From the human T2T-CHM13v2.0 reference genome, Homo sapiens, in NCBI RefSeq assembly GCF_009914755.1, contig NC_060932.1: 64,000 nucleotides of DNA. One strand, written 5' to 3'. The position numbers were made by a program, and so were the translations under genes. The notes below the pieces were generated by a model that saw nothing but the letters and a program-made list of their open reading frames with translations, made no database searches and was not told where the DNA came from. The first letter of the stretch is position 1. Every line of letters begins with the position of its first letter. Of this stretch, positions 14,280 through 28,661 are shown piece after piece.

Positions 14280-14700
14280 GGTCCTGCGTGTCTGCTGGGC
14301 TCTGCAGACCAGTTCTGCTAGTCCTACTTGGGATTTCTCATGAGGCTGTAATCAGTTGGAGTTTGGCATCCTCTGGAGGACCTCCACCTGCATGCTGAGA
14401 CAGCTGGGCATCTCTTTTTGGGCTCCAGTTCATCCTAGGGCCTTTCCTCTTCATGTGATCTCTCCAGCAGGGTAGCTGGACTGCTCACGTGACTGCTGAG
14501 GAGCCGCAAAAGCTCATGCAAGAGGGATAAATCACCAGGTGTTCTTAATATCTTCTCCTAGAATTCCTGAAGTGCTGCTAGGTTTGTTGTCTCCTGGTCA
14601 AAGGGGACAGGAGCTCAGTCCAGAGGCCAGAGAGGAGGGGTATGAATGTGGAGAAAAGGGTGGGCTTATCTGAGGCCATCTTTGGAGCCTGGCTGTCACT
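14280..14700 (-). mobile_element. Old MLT1 (J/K-like) LTR remnant
   Basis: CTCTCCAGCAGGGTAGCTGGACT.CTCACGTGACTGCT and GCCATCTTTGGAG..CT are typical of antisense MLT1. Confidence 0.5.
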
Positions 14701-16057
14701 ATAGGTACAAGTGAGGGAGCAGGGCTGTGGCAGTAAGGGCAAGAATTCCCAATTCTGTGGTAGAGCATCCTCATGAATTAGAAGGTCAGGAAAGGAACTC
14801 ATATGACAAAAGATAATGAGACAAATTAGCATAAAAACACATCTCTTGAAATTTAGCTGGTCCTAAAATCTAGAAGTTCTCTTTATTATTTAAAGGGAAT
14901 GTAAATGAATATGGCATTATTTTTACATTTATTTTAATAATCTAAATTCTATCACTTTTTTAGAGTTTTATTTTACCTATGCCTATTAAATTTCATTTTT
15001 AAAGTATCTTTTGCCTCACACATGCTACTGCAGAAACCCACAAGCATGGATGGAATCCTCCTTGTGGTCTGTTTCTGACATTGGTTTTTCTCAAGTACTC
15101 CTTTTAAAACTTGTGGAATAATACTGAAACCCCCAACAGACAATCTGCTCTCCTGTGTTTATTACTGAGTACCAAAGCCACAGCTTTAACCACCGCAGCA
15201 CTCCATTAATTGTGGGCATGGGATGCTCAGGAGAACCACCCCTTGTGATTGTGGCCTGAAACCCTCCAGGAGGCCTATAATTGACTATCTGACCTCCAAA
15301 ACGGGAGTGACTGTATTAAGGGTTCCACATAAAGCTGGGTTTGGTTTATTTTGTGATTGGTATGACACATTATCTGAGCAGGAAGTCCAGATGTTGTCAG
15401 GCATGTAGGCCCATAAATCTGGAGAATGATAAAAATGAGATTGTAGGCATGCAAAGAGAGATGACTGGAATGGAAAAAAAAAAAAACCCAGTGACCCTCC
15501 CTCTGCAGGAGTCGCTGCATGACCTGAGGTGGGGGCTATAGCTTCTTTCCTACTAGGTGGAAAGAAATGTAGAAGAAGTGGCTTTGCTGATGTAGAATTG
15601 AGTGTCAGAGGCTACTGACACATTGCTTTTGCCAGAGTGCATTTTTTTCCCTACAGTTTCTTTAGATGTGATACTTATTTCTATTACAAAAAAAAAACAA
15701 TAAGCCTACTTTTGATATTTTAATTTTTTCAAATTACACATGCCAAGAAGAACAAGCAGATTATATATGTACACACACACACACATTTTATACTGTCTGC
15801 TCAGGGAAGCAAGCAGATGTTACAAAGACTTGTTTGTTTGCCATGAATTTAGAAAATTTGAAAACTTACCAGGAGCTGGTACTTTAATTTTGTCTTTAGT
15901 TACAGAAGGGAGGAACTAGAGCAGTTGTTTTGCTGTGTCACATAGTTGTAAGATATCATCTGTGACTTTTGTCCTCAGCTTTCTCTGCTTTTCTATCCCT
16001 ACTTTCTAAAGATAATTTTGTTCCACTTCCATCTCTAAATATCACTCTCTTTGGGGC

Positions 16058-16479
16058 ATGGTGGTGGAATGTTGTGATGTGCCACTCAGATCCTTCTTCA
16101 GGAACAAAGGAATTATCATGTCCATGGCTGGCAGAGCTGTCCCCAAAATAGCCATGAGTTATCAGCCACCTCTTGGAACTGCCCCACCAGAAGAGAGGCA
16201 CCTCGCCAAGGTAAGAACCTTTTTGTGGCACCACTGGCAGTTAATGGCAAACTCAAGTGAGGGGCTTTGGAGGACATCCTATCCTTGAACTCAGAAGACT
16301 TGCGGAAGCTCATTTCATTTTCAGAGCTTCTCTGTTGGTCTTGAATTAAAGTTCAATCTCTCCTCCTGCTCAATCTTTCTTTCCCTTTCTTGTCACAGCT
16401 CTTGATCTGAGAGCACTCTGGGATAACCTTCTCACAATGAATTTCAGAATGTGACTCCTGATGAACCCAACTAGCTACA
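16058..16479 (+). mobile_element. LTR16-family (ERVL) solo LTR
   Basis: GCCACTCAGATCC..CTCGCCAAGGT..TTGATCTGAGAGCACTC..GAACCCAACTAGCTACA resembles LTR16 layout and 3' end. Confidence 0.6.
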
Positions 16480-17740
16480 ATCTTACATCCATGTCTCCAA
16501 CTTTATTTCCTTGAACTTGAGTTTCAAAATTCAAACTTTTAAATCAACATTTCTGCTTGCATTTCTAAGTAATTTCAACTTTAATATGCTCAGAAATGAA
16601 TCCTTGATTTTTACGCCAAAATCTACTTGTATCAGAACTACACTGCTCGATGAATATCACTGCCAGTCATCTAGATACTTAGACCCCAAACCTAAGCAAC
16701 CTTGACTTTGATCTGTTCCTCAAAAATCCACATCCTATTGATCAACATTCTGTCAGCCCTGCCTCTTTAATGCATCCCAAACCCAATTGCCTCTCACCAT
16801 TTCTACTGCTGTAATCCTATCCAAGCTTCAATCCGTTCTCACCTGGCATATGCCCATAAGTCTCCTAATTGTATCGCTGTCTCCTTTCTAGTATGCTTAG
16901 ATATGTCTTCCACTGGCAGACAGAGAGATCTTATCTAAGACTTAAATGAGATCTTGTCATTTTCCTAACTCTTGCTAATGATTTTCCTTTCCAAGAATCA
17001 AATCCAAACTTTTCACCAGAACCCCATATGATGAACCTCTACTTACGTATCTCATGATCCATTGATAGGCTCACTACTTCTCAGGCATGTTGCCTTTCTC
17101 TCTGTCTTTTGTACACACCAGTTCTTTTTCATCCCAGGGCATCTGCAATTCCTGCTTCTTGGGAGGCTTCTCTCCCAAGTATTTGCTGGGTACTTTTTCT
17201 ATCTTCTCCTCCCTTGGATCTCAAATGTCATCTCTTCAGAGAGGTCATCCTGACCACCTAGTTAGAGCAACTTCTAAGCATCTTCTTTACACCACTCGTT
17301 AGTCTTAAATTTGTTATTTCTGGCTAAATTATGTCCCCACAAAATTCATGTTGAAACTCTGACTCCAGTGTGTCTATATCTGGAGACAGGGCCTTTAGGA
17401 GGTAATTAAGGTCAAATGAGGTCTTAAATGTGAGGATCTAATCTAATAGGACTGTGACCTTGTAAGAGAGAGAGATGTCTTTCTCTACCACGTGAGCACA
17501 CAGCAAGAAGGCTGCTGTCTGCAAGCCAGAAAGAGAGCCCTCACCAGACACTGACACTGTTGGCACCTTTATTTCAGACTTCCAGTCTTCAAAACTGTGA
17601 AAAAATAAATTTTGGTTATTTAAACCACCTAGTCTGTGCTACTTTTTATGGAAGATTGGGAAGATTGGGGTACCATCTGTCTTGCTCACTGCTATATCTC
17701 CAGTGCAAGGAACAGTGCACTTAACAAAAATATATTAACT
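16480..17740 (+). mobile_element. L2 fragment interrupted by an MLT1 LTR
   Basis: CTCTCACCATTTCTACTGCT, TCTCAAATGTCATCTCTTCAGAGAGG, TGTCTTGCTCACTGCTATATCTCCAGTGC. Confidence 0.7.
17315..17660 (+). mobile_element. MLT1A/B-type solo LTR
   Basis: TGTCCCCACAAAATTCATGTTGAA..GGAGACAGGGCCTTTAGGAGGTAATTAAGG..GCAAGCCAGAAAGAGAGCCCTCACCAGA..AATAAAT. Confidence 0.85.
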
Positions 17741-18560
17741 GGCTTGGTGACTGTTGCCTCAAAAATTATTTAAGTTAGAGGTAAAAGACAGAGTATGAAA
17801 AATTTAAGTGCTATTCTTTCCGGTAATATGGCAGGCTATATATCTAAAGAAACTCCCCTGGGCTAGATTATTCAAGAATCAGGTTGAAGTATGAAATATC
17901 TCTTTAAATTTATAAAATAGTGAGAGAAATACTTGAGACCTAAAATAACGGAAGGACTATAAACGATGAAAGATAATCAAGCACTAAATTTTGGCAGTTG
18001 CTCCAAGAGATACGCTAATCACTAGAGTTCAGGAGAGAGATGTATTTGTGTATATTCTAGTGAAAAAGAAAAGTTAGATACTTAAACAAAACATGGAAGG
18101 ACTTCTAGTATTCATATAAGCTAAGGAAAAATATTTCAGGAAGTTGGTATATGGTTATCAGACATTGATAAAACAAGCCAACTGGGAGAAATGTTGAAAA
18201 ATTTCTAAGTCCAGAGTCAAGATTGGAAAGGTGAAGAAAGGAGAAATCCTTTCGTGGCTTTAGTGCAAGAGGAAGGGGTTTTAATATAATTTTTAAATAA
18301 ACGATTTCTTTCTCTTTTTTTTTCTTCTTCTCCTTTTTCTTGCTCCAACTCCTAACCTCCTCTTCTGTTTCTCTCTCATTTTTTTCTCTCATTTATTTTG
18401 TCACTATTTCATTCATTTACTCAATTAGGAGATATTTCATGGACCCCAGATTTTATGAATCACTTTCTAGGAAAGATAAATGTAGACAAGTGATCTCTAA
18501 CCTGTAAAGAGCTTGTCGTCAAGTCAGGTGTGTGTAATAGTTACATCAATGAGAGTGTAC

Positions 18561-18584
18561 GTGTGTGTGTGTGTGTGTGTGTGT
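18561..18584. repeat. (GT)n microsatellite
   Basis: GT run. Confidence 0.9.
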
Positions 18585-20160
18585 AGGTGGTGGGTAATGC
18601 AGGGAAAGGAAGTGGGAAAAGGAAGAAAAAAGAATATTTGTAAGTCTGGTATTAACTTTAAATTTTATCATTTCCTTTTGCCAACAGCTATCTTAGGATA
18701 GCTAGAAGAAACTCCTATGCATTTTGTGTATTATGATTTAGGTAGACTGAATTTTTGCTATCACTTAAAGGCATCCTGTCATTTTTGGTTGACCAGAGCT
18801 GATTCTGTTATTTGAGGTATTTTTATACATATTCTAAGGATAGCTTCGCTTGTTTTTTAGTTCTTGCAAGTCTAATTCTGGTCTTAATAGAGAGGTTTCT
18901 GTTTAATGAAATGGTAGAGTTGAGTTTATTAAAACAACTACTTAAGGTACTTTTACTCTCATTTTAAAAGCTGAGGATCCAAAAGTAGATTTTATGTTCT
19001 TTCTCATCTGGAGATATAAAAATGTTATTAACATTCAACTAGTCTCAAAACCCAAAGTTGGAACCCGGGGTTGTTTGAAGAGGAATTTACTGGTAACAAT
19101 GTGTGGACTGAAAATGAGAGAGCTATTCAAGTAGTGTGCTTTGTGGTGGTTGAGGTTTAGTTAATCATGGTCCTTCACCATCAAAGATAACAAAGCTTTG
19201 GTACTGCTCTGCACAATATCAACCCTTTGTATTTTCAGATCTGCTCACTAAGGTTGAATTTTATCATTTTCTTGCTCAAAGATTCAATCTCCATTAACAG
19301 AAACCCACTAAGAGGAGTGCATTTTGTGGCTTCAGCGGCCTACCAAACCAAACATTTGCAGGTCAACTCAGGAGAAGAAAAATGATCTCTTTCAAGATGA
19401 CTGTTACTGCACAAGCAGAAAAATATCACAAAGCAGGATACCTTTTTATAGATAAATTTTAAGTCATCAGCATTATCAGTTTTTCTCTATAATCCCTGCT
19501 AATTGTAAATATCAAATTGCATTGGCAGAATATGGCTACCCAGTAAAGATTAGTGCTTTATCCACATATTATTATAAAACAGTTATCAAATAATATATTA
19601 TACTTCTATTTTTCTTATATTTCTTGGCCTTCTATGCATCACATTTTCACAAAATCTCACAGCTGTTACCTAACTTGAGAGTGTCCATATCTGGGTTTTG
19701 CAGGCCTAGCATCCGTTGAATCTAAATAATACACAGCACATTCACATTTGATTATATGAAGCACAGGAATTCAGTACATTGCTGTGTAGGTAGTTTGTTG
19801 CCCTGGTGAATCATAGCATAATATTAGGATGAAAGAGATGGGTAAAAGGATATCATAGTAATGGTGATCTGCAGGAATCTTGGGCTGTTCTGGAGATGAA
19901 GGGTAAATGTAGTGAAATGGACTACCAGTCATGATAGTTAAATTTGTCCAAGGGTCCTTTCCTGTGAACAGTTTCTGAGGTCTGTAACTGGCTTGTAGTC
20001 AGGGCAAATGGATATTCAGTGTATGTCCAGTGAAGGTTCAGGGAGAATGGGAAGAACACTGACAGGCAGCAATGTATACCTATTATTTAAATACTGTTCC
20101 CAAATTTGCAAGTTCATAAAAATGTCACTTTCCTATCACAGAAGGTCCTTTTAGACACAA

Positions 20161-20270
20161 TGTTTTATTACTTTAATATCTGCTGAATTCTGTTGATATT
20201 ATTTCTGCTGTTTTATTATTTTAATATCTGCTGAATTCTGCTGATATTATCTGCTGAATATCTGCTGATA
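20161..20270. repeat. ~48-bp tandem duplication with TCTGCTGA sub-repeats
   Basis: TGTTTTATTA.TTTAATATCTGCTGAATTCTG.TGATATTAT at 20161 and 20209. Confidence 0.85.
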
Positions 20271-21332
20271 AGTATTTCTTCAAAGTATAATTGTAGGCTA
20301 AGTGCATTAACAAAGGATTTCCTTTTCCAGAACTATTTAAATTGAATATTTCAGATTGCAGTGGAGTAAGTTCCATGCTCTGTTGACCTGCTTTTTTGAG
20401 CAACATACTTTTGGTCAACTACCATCATAAAGGACAGAGATCCATGTATGCAGCTGCAAGATGAATGAGACCTTCAATCTACTGGTGACACTGCTTAATA
20501 ATAAAGCAGTTAGTAAAGAAAGAAGAGGCAAAAAGAAAGAAAACATAGCTTTTATTGACAGGAAGGAATTCCAGCTGTTTGGACAGTTACGTATTGTTTA
20601 ATAGGGTAGATTCTTTTAAAACCTGAATGTGACAGATATTTACCCAGGCTTTCCAGCTGAAACTGAAAATAGGGTCACAATAATCATAAGGAACAGCAGA
20701 ATCTATGGAACCCCAGTTCTCTTCTATATCCCTCCCTGCTAGTTTAATGAGTCCTTAGGGAGTCTCTCATGAGCACCTAGAGGGCCACAATTGTCCTTTT
20801 CTTTCTACATTTAGTGCCCATCTTCTCAGCTGATTCTGACACCCATCAGATAGATCACGATTTGCTCTACTGATATTCTCTCCCACTCCCAATGTTGGCT
20901 GCCTTGGTTGGCTATCAAAATTGTCTTACTAGCTTGCTGGTCATTTCCACAACATCTTATTATGCTACAGGGTAGATGAACTGAAATGGAGGTAAATATC
21001 CTTCTTTGCTTGTGTTACACTTTGTATCTAGGCTAAAAGCAGGACAAATTTTATATATATGTGGCCAGGACCACGTCCATCAATTCCTGGTCTTGGGCTA
21101 GAAAAGAAGTTAAGAAGATATATATTGTAGTTCATTCATATTTATTCTCCCTTTACAACTTTCATCTGTGTTCTTAGAACAAGTTTGAAAAACTTGATTC
21201 ACTTTAGTCTCAGAGTGTCTAGTTCTTTATCTTCTACAGTGTCTGATAGGGAAAATGGATAACCATTAGCCTAACTTTTTGATGCCAATTTGGAGCTTGA
21301 AGTTAACTGTCACAATCAACACAGTATTTTTT

Positions 21333-21334
<2 letters not shown>

Positions 21335-21372
<38 letters not shown>
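21335..21372. repeat. (TA)n(CA)n microsatellite
   Basis: Direct reading. Confidence 0.95.
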
Positions 21373-21585
21373 AAATATCTATCTATATATATTACTGCTC
21401 CTTACAGAGCAGGGCTATCCTCTAAGCACTGTGCCCAGAGAAGCCTTTTTTTATGTTTTTTTTTAAACAAGCAATTAGTCTCCATGCAAATATAATTAAT
21501 ATCAGTATAATATGTTATCCTAATAGACATTGCTAACATAATGGAAGTTACAATGATACATGGTGTAGACCGGTTATACCAGAGG

Positions 21586-21589
<4 letters not shown>

Positions 21590-21620
<31 letters not shown>
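21590..21620. repeat. (TG)n microsatellite
   Basis: Direct reading. Confidence 0.95.
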
Positions 21621-21622
<2 letters not shown>

Positions 21623-22182
21623 CATTTATCTAGACAGAGCAAGTAGGATTTGGTTTCTGTGCCTGGATCATCACATTGAGAAAGATTGCTCAGAATGAAT
21701 GTGTGATTGATTAATTACACCTCTCATGGTGTCAGTGGTAGAACAACTATATAATTGCCACCCCCAAGCTAGAGTGATGGCTTCTTACACTAGTTTACCT
21801 CTCACTCCTCACACAGCCCCTCCCCAATCCTGGGATGTAATGAACTAGTTTGATGATTAACTATTTAAAGAGCTAGAGCACCATAATTATAATGCAAAAA
21901 AATAGGGAGAGGAATTTTACATAAAATTAAACATAATATTGAAAGACGTACATTTCTACTAACAAGTTGGATCCTAATCAGATGACTTCATTTTTCCTAC
22001 CAAAAAATAAAGAATCATGAGAGAATTTGGCTAAGTTTGTCTTTAGTCTTCCCTACTTTCTGTGGTCTTCTAGTTCATCAGTGGTATAACTTAGATCTCT
22101 CTCATATTCTGAATCTCTCTCCATCTTTTTCACCTTCTCGTTGCTAAAACGTATCTTAGACCATAACTAAGGGTTCATTTTA

Positions 22183-22464
22183 GAACCCATTAATCATATT
22201 GATAAACAAATGATTAACAGGTTCAATAAGAACCTGTTAATTACTATACATTACTATGATACTATACGTTACTATACTACTTACATACTATATGTTATAT
22301 ATACTATACGTTACTATACTACTTGGAAACTTGGAAACTTTTCTATTACAATTGGAACCTGTTAATCATTTGTTTACCAATAACAGGCTTTTATTGAACC
22401 TGTTAATCATATTGGTAAACAAATGATTAACAGGTTCTAATTGCAGTAGAAAATTTTCCACGTA
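22183..22464. repeat. Nested inverted/direct repeat cluster with TACTA-rich low-complexity core
   Basis: GAACCTGTTAATCAT and its reverse complement ATGATTAACAGGTTC recur about six times; ~54-bp inverted arms at ~22329-22382 and 22410-22464. Confidence 0.9.
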
Positions 22465-22499
22465 TTATATCTTTCAAGAGTATACACATTTAATATTTT

Positions 22500-23270
22500 T
22501 ATTCAATAATTGAACAAATTTACTGAAAACCTCGTATGTACCAGATACTTATCTAAATTGTGGGGATGCAGTGGTGAATAAGAAAATCATTGCCCTCAAA
22601 GGACTTATGTTTTAGTTTGGAAAGACAGACTGTAAGCAAACAGAAGATAATGGATGGTGGTAAGTATTATTGGCCCTTCATACCCATGTTCCACATCAGC
22701 AGATTCAACCAATCACCAATCAGAAATGTAGTTAGGCTTGTGATGGTTGCATCTGTGCTGAACATGTACATACTTTCTGTTCCTTGTCATTATTTCCCAA
22801 ACAAGGCAGTTATAACCATTATTTACATAGCATTTACATTATATTAGGTATTGTAAGTAATCTAGAGCTAATTTAAAGTATTCCAGAAGGTATGAATAGG
22901 TTATATGCCAATACTCTGCCATCTTATGTAAGATATTTGAGGATTTTAGTATCTATAGGGAGTGGGGGGTCCTGGAACCAATCCCCGAAGATACCACAGG
23001 CACTGTGCAGAGGATGATTACATTAGGATGATGTGAAGTTGAAAAATCAGTTAAACTAGGATGATTGATCAGTGTGTAATTACTCCAAGTGGGGTCATTA
23101 GAAAAGACCTTTCTGAAGAATGACAGTTAAGGTATCTGAATAAAAATAAGGATCCAGGCATATAAAATACCATAGAAAACACAATTTAAATCTAAGAGTA
23201 GAATTTTAGGCACAGTAAAATAGATAGGAAGACATTTAGAGAGGATGAAAACAATCTTCATGGCCCTGAA
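22500..23270 (-). mobile_element. L2 3' fragment (antisense) interrupted by MER2
   Basis: ATTCAATAA..AAATTTACTGAAAACCT..TATGTACCAG..GGGGATGCAGTGGTGAATAAGA..TGCCCTCAAAGGAC. Confidence 0.7.
22668..23005. mobile_element. MER2 (TcMar-Tigger) non-autonomous DNA transposon
   Basis: GATTCAACCAA..CTGAACATGTACA..TTTACATAGCATTTACATT.TATTAGGTATT.TAAGTAATCTAGAG..GGTCCTGGAACCAATCCCC. Confidence 0.88.
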
Positions 23271-24146
23271 ATCACACTATCTAATGCTCCTCCTACATGC
23301 GCAATCCGTCCTTATTAGTACATGCTTCCTAAATGTTATTAGTATCGGTCCGATAAATCTCTTAAATTTACAATGTATTAATTTGTTAATTAAAAGAGAT
23401 CATCATATCCTTGACTAAAGAAGCTATGTTTAATAGCCAGAGAGAGGAAAAATTCACCTGCAAACACACTATTATTCTCAAGAGCAATAATAAAGTCAGA
23501 AGACTATGGAATAATGTCTTCAATATGCTAAGAGAAAAATCAATTACAAATTAGAATTGCAAACCTGGAAAAATGTGTTCCAACAATGTTTTTTCAAAAG
23601 AACTAAAGCAGAGGGTTAACTGCCAACAGATTTTACTAAAGGAACATCTAAAGCAAACATTTCAGAATGAAGGAAAATTATTTTAAACATATGTAGATGC
23701 ATAAATAAATAGCAGATAAATTAATAATAAAATGTTGTATAATGTCTGATGTCTCAGATTGAGAATAAAAAGAACTGAAATACTGGACAGAATTAGCCTG
23801 TAGGTTGAGAGTAGTTTCATTGCAGTTAAAATGATTTATGGTTCTTATCTTGCTCAGGAGGAAAATTGCAATATTAATAAAACTTCTGTGCAGTAATATT
23901 GCAAAGATTACATTAAAAAATAGAAGTAGAGGATATAACTTCCAAACAGTAAAAGAAAAATTAAATGAAATGAGAAAACAAAACTAACCAATCCAAAAAA
24001 TACAAGAGAGAAGAAAAAGAAGTATAGAAAAAAAATGTGGCAAGGTGTACAAAGTAAGAGGGTGAAAAAATTCAGATATGTCAGTAGTCACAATAAATAA
24101 AAACAGAGTTTATTAGATAGGTTTAAAAATAAAAAATATGAGAATA

Positions 24147-24417
24147 AAGATGAATAAGTACTAGAGATCTAATATATACCATGGTGACTACCGTTAATAA
24201 TAATGCATTGTATGCTTGAAATTTGCTAAAAGAGTAGATTCCAAGTGTACTTACAACACACACATACGAAAGGCAACTATGAGAGGTGATGAATAATATG
24301 TTAATTAGCTGGATTGTGGTAATCATTTCACAATGTACAGGTATATCAAAATGTCATGTTGTATAGCCTAAATCTACATAATTTCTATGTACCATGCCTC
24401 AATAAAGCTGGAAAAAT
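24147..24417 (+). mobile_element. L1MA9/L1MB-type 3' end nested in old L1
   Basis: AGATGAATAAGT.CTAGAGATCTAAT..TGAAATTTGCTAAAAGAGTAGAT..CCTCAATAAAGCTGGAAAAA. Confidence 0.8.
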
Positions 24418-25729
24418 CCAGGAATAGTCTGATAAGAGAAACACTTAAAAGATAACTTGAGAAGGTAGAAAAGAAAGAAATGTAAAAAGAACTTGTGTAA
24501 CTATTTTAATATCAACACAAAATATGCTTAAAGTTAAAAGCATCAGTAGAAATAGAAAAGATGATTAAATAATGTTGAAGAGCTCAGTTCACCAGGAAGA
24601 TATTATAATTCTAAACCTACATGCACTAATAAAATCAGTTCAATATATATGCACAAAATTATAGAGGAATAAGTTCATAAACACATCACCATCATGAAGT
24701 GTGTTAATACACCTCTTTCCTTTCAAAGGTCAGACAAAAGACAGTAAATTATAAAAAACTTGAACATCATAATTAATATGCTTAAATAAATAGATATGCA
24801 TGAAATCATCCATTATTATAAAACATATCTTGTTCTCAAACACATAAAGAATATCTAAAAAAATTAATTATGTATGTATTATTAATCCATAAAGCAACTC
24901 TCAAACTTCCAGAAACTGATGTCATGCAAACAACATCACACTGGTATCACATAGTCTACCTCAGGGAAATTAGATTAGAAGTAAATTGCAACAAAAATTA
25001 ACATATCAAAAACTGAAATTAAAAATCATATGTCTAAATAATTCATAGGTCAAAAACCAGAAGTAATAAATATAAGGTACTATGAAGAACTGGATGATGA
25101 TGAAGTTACCATATATCAAGACTTATAGTATAGTATGCAGTGAAAGCAGTATTTTAGGAGCAACATAGTGTGAATTTGCCAGTATTTGAAAAGAAGGCAA
25201 AAATGGAATGAGTCAGATATCTAAATTAGCAAATAAAGAAGAATAATAGAATAAACCCCAAAAGAATAATGGCTATAGTAAAAAAAATTTATAAACTAGC
25301 AAGGGCAAAAGTGGTTTCTCTAAAAGACAATTTGAACAAAACTCTGATGAGACTGATTGAGGAAAAAAGGAAAGAAGTTACAAATATTATTACAGCTTGA
25401 AAAGGCTCATAACTACAAAGAGCGGAAATTGAAAAGATAGATTTTTTTCCAGGCAAATTTATAGAAAATGTTTGAGAGTATTAACAAAATAGATGAATTC
25501 CTAGAAAATATACAATATCAAAACTGACAGAAGAGGAAATAAAAAGTTGGCTGAAGAGATAATAATTTGAATTGCCCTAAAATCAGTAATTAATTGAATA
25601 CCTAGTAAAAAATATTTTCACAGAGAAAACAACTGCCTCAGATGACTTTACATACCAGTTATACTAAGTATTCAATTAAGATACAATAATTCTCACAAAC
25701 TTTTCCAGAGAATAGAAAGAATGATAACA

Positions 25730-26041
<312 letters not shown>

Positions 26042-26539
26042 GAAAGAATGATAACAATTCCCAAGTCATTTAATAAGGTCTATATAACCTTGATTCTAAA
26101 GGTAAAGAAAAGGAGAGCATGAGAAAGGGAAAAAAGTGGTTATAGAATGGTTATAGAAGACAGAAATATAACACAAGGACAATAATATAACAAACATTAA
26201 TATAATAGAAATGACAGTAATATAATAAAAAAGAACTGTATGGGAATGAAGAATACATTCCAATCTCATAGTTGAAAGTCTGATCATTTATGTATTAAAA
26301 ACATATAATTCATAGTGAACAAGTTAGGTTTATCCCAGGAAAAACATGTGCTTTAAAACAATAATAATTATATAAATTTCATTCACCATGAAAGAGAAAA
26401 AATATGATTACCTCAATCAATGCATGAAGATATTTCATAAAGTTCAACATTCCATCCATGATAAAAATTTTTATCAGAATTGGAATAGAAGAGAATATCT
26501 TTATCAAAACCTACCAATGATGGATGTCAAATACAAATC

Positions 26540-27294
<755 letters not shown>

Positions 27295-27749
27295 TAACAG
27301 CTAAATAGTAGAAGTGTTCCCTGTGGAATTAGGAACAAGACAAAAGTATTCACCATCACCTCTTCTATTTAGTGTTTTAATGTAGGTTCTACTAGCAAGA
27401 CAAGAGGTAAACGTAAAATATATGGATACTGGAAGAAAGAAGGATAATTCATTATTCACGGATCATATTATTGTCAACTTGGAAAACCCAAATGAATCTG
27501 CAGACAACCTATAAGAATTAGTAACGGAGTTAAAAATGCTGTTTAGATATGGTAAAATCTATATAGAAAAGTAAATTACATTTTACCAGAGTCTATTTAT
27601 AAAAACATGTTATTTATCATAAAGCTCATAAAACTAACAAATGCATCTAGGAATAAACCTAAAAATGAATGCCTAAGGCTTTTGTGGAGACAGTTATAAA
27701 CTTTTAAGACAGATATTAAAGACATCTAAACCAAAGAAGAAATAAAATC

Positions 27750-28445
27750 ATGTTCATTGATAGAAAGACACAATGTCACAATGAACTCAAACAAATTTAC
27801 AAGAAAAAAACAAACAACCCCATCAAAAAGTGGGTGAAGGACATGAACAGACACTTCTCAAAAGAAGACATTTATGCAGCCAAAAAACACATGAAAAAAT
27901 GCTCACCATCACTGGCCATCAGAGAAATGCAAATCAAAACCACAATGAGACACCATCTCACACCAGTTAGAATGGCAATCATTAAAAAGTCAGGAAACAA
28001 CAGGTGCTGGAGAGGATGTGGAGAAACAGGAACACTTTTACACTGTTGGTGGGACTGTAAACTAGTTCAACCATTGTGGAAGTCAGTGTGGCAATTCCTC
28101 AGGGATCTAGAACTAGAAATACCATTTGATCCAGCCATCCCATTACTGGGTATATACTCAAAGGACTATAAATCATGCTGTTATACAGACACATGCACAC
28201 GTATGTTTATTGCGGCATTATTCACAATAGCAAAGACTTGGAACCAACCCAAATGTCCAACAATGATAGACTGGATTAAGAAAATGTGGCACATATACAC
28301 CATGGAATACTATGCAGCCAGAAAAAATGATGAGTTCATGTCCTTTGTAGGGACATGGATGAAATTGGAAATCATCATTCTCAGTAAACTATCGCAAGAA
28401 CAAAAAACCAAACACCGCATATTCTCACTCACAGGTGGGAATTGA
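27750..28445 (+). pseudogene. Open frame encoding the L1 ORF2p C-terminal Cys-rich region (231 aa; first ~10 aa from the flank)
   Basis: [47 protein letters not shown]; no endonuclease or RT domain. Confidence 0.85.
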
Positions 28446-28661
28446 ACAATGAGAACACATGGACACAGGAAGGGGAACATCACACTCTGGGGACTGTTGT
28501 GGGGTGGGGGGAGGGGGGAGGGATAGCATTGGGAGATATACCTAATACTAGATGACGAGTTAGTGGGCGCAGCGCACCAGCATGGCACATGTATACATAT
28601 GTAACTAACCTGCACATTGTGCACATGTACCCTAAAACTTAAAGTATAATAATAATAAAAA
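27780..28661 (+). mobile_element. Young 5'-truncated L1PA2 (ORF2 C-terminus + 3' UTR)
   Basis: Near-consensus L1; 3' UTR GCATTGGGAGATATACC..GATGACGAGTTAGTGGG has GAG, not the L1HS-Ta ACA; perfect 16-bp TSD AAAGACACAATGTCAC at 27764-27779 and 28662-28677. Confidence 0.93.

Noticed and set aside
22183-22464. CRISPR-like array
   Set aside because: Eukaryotic context, mixed repeat orientation, no regular unique spacers, no cas genes
27780-28661. Human-specific L1HS-Ta insertion
   Set aside because: 3' UTR diagnostic reads GAG rather than ACA/ACG
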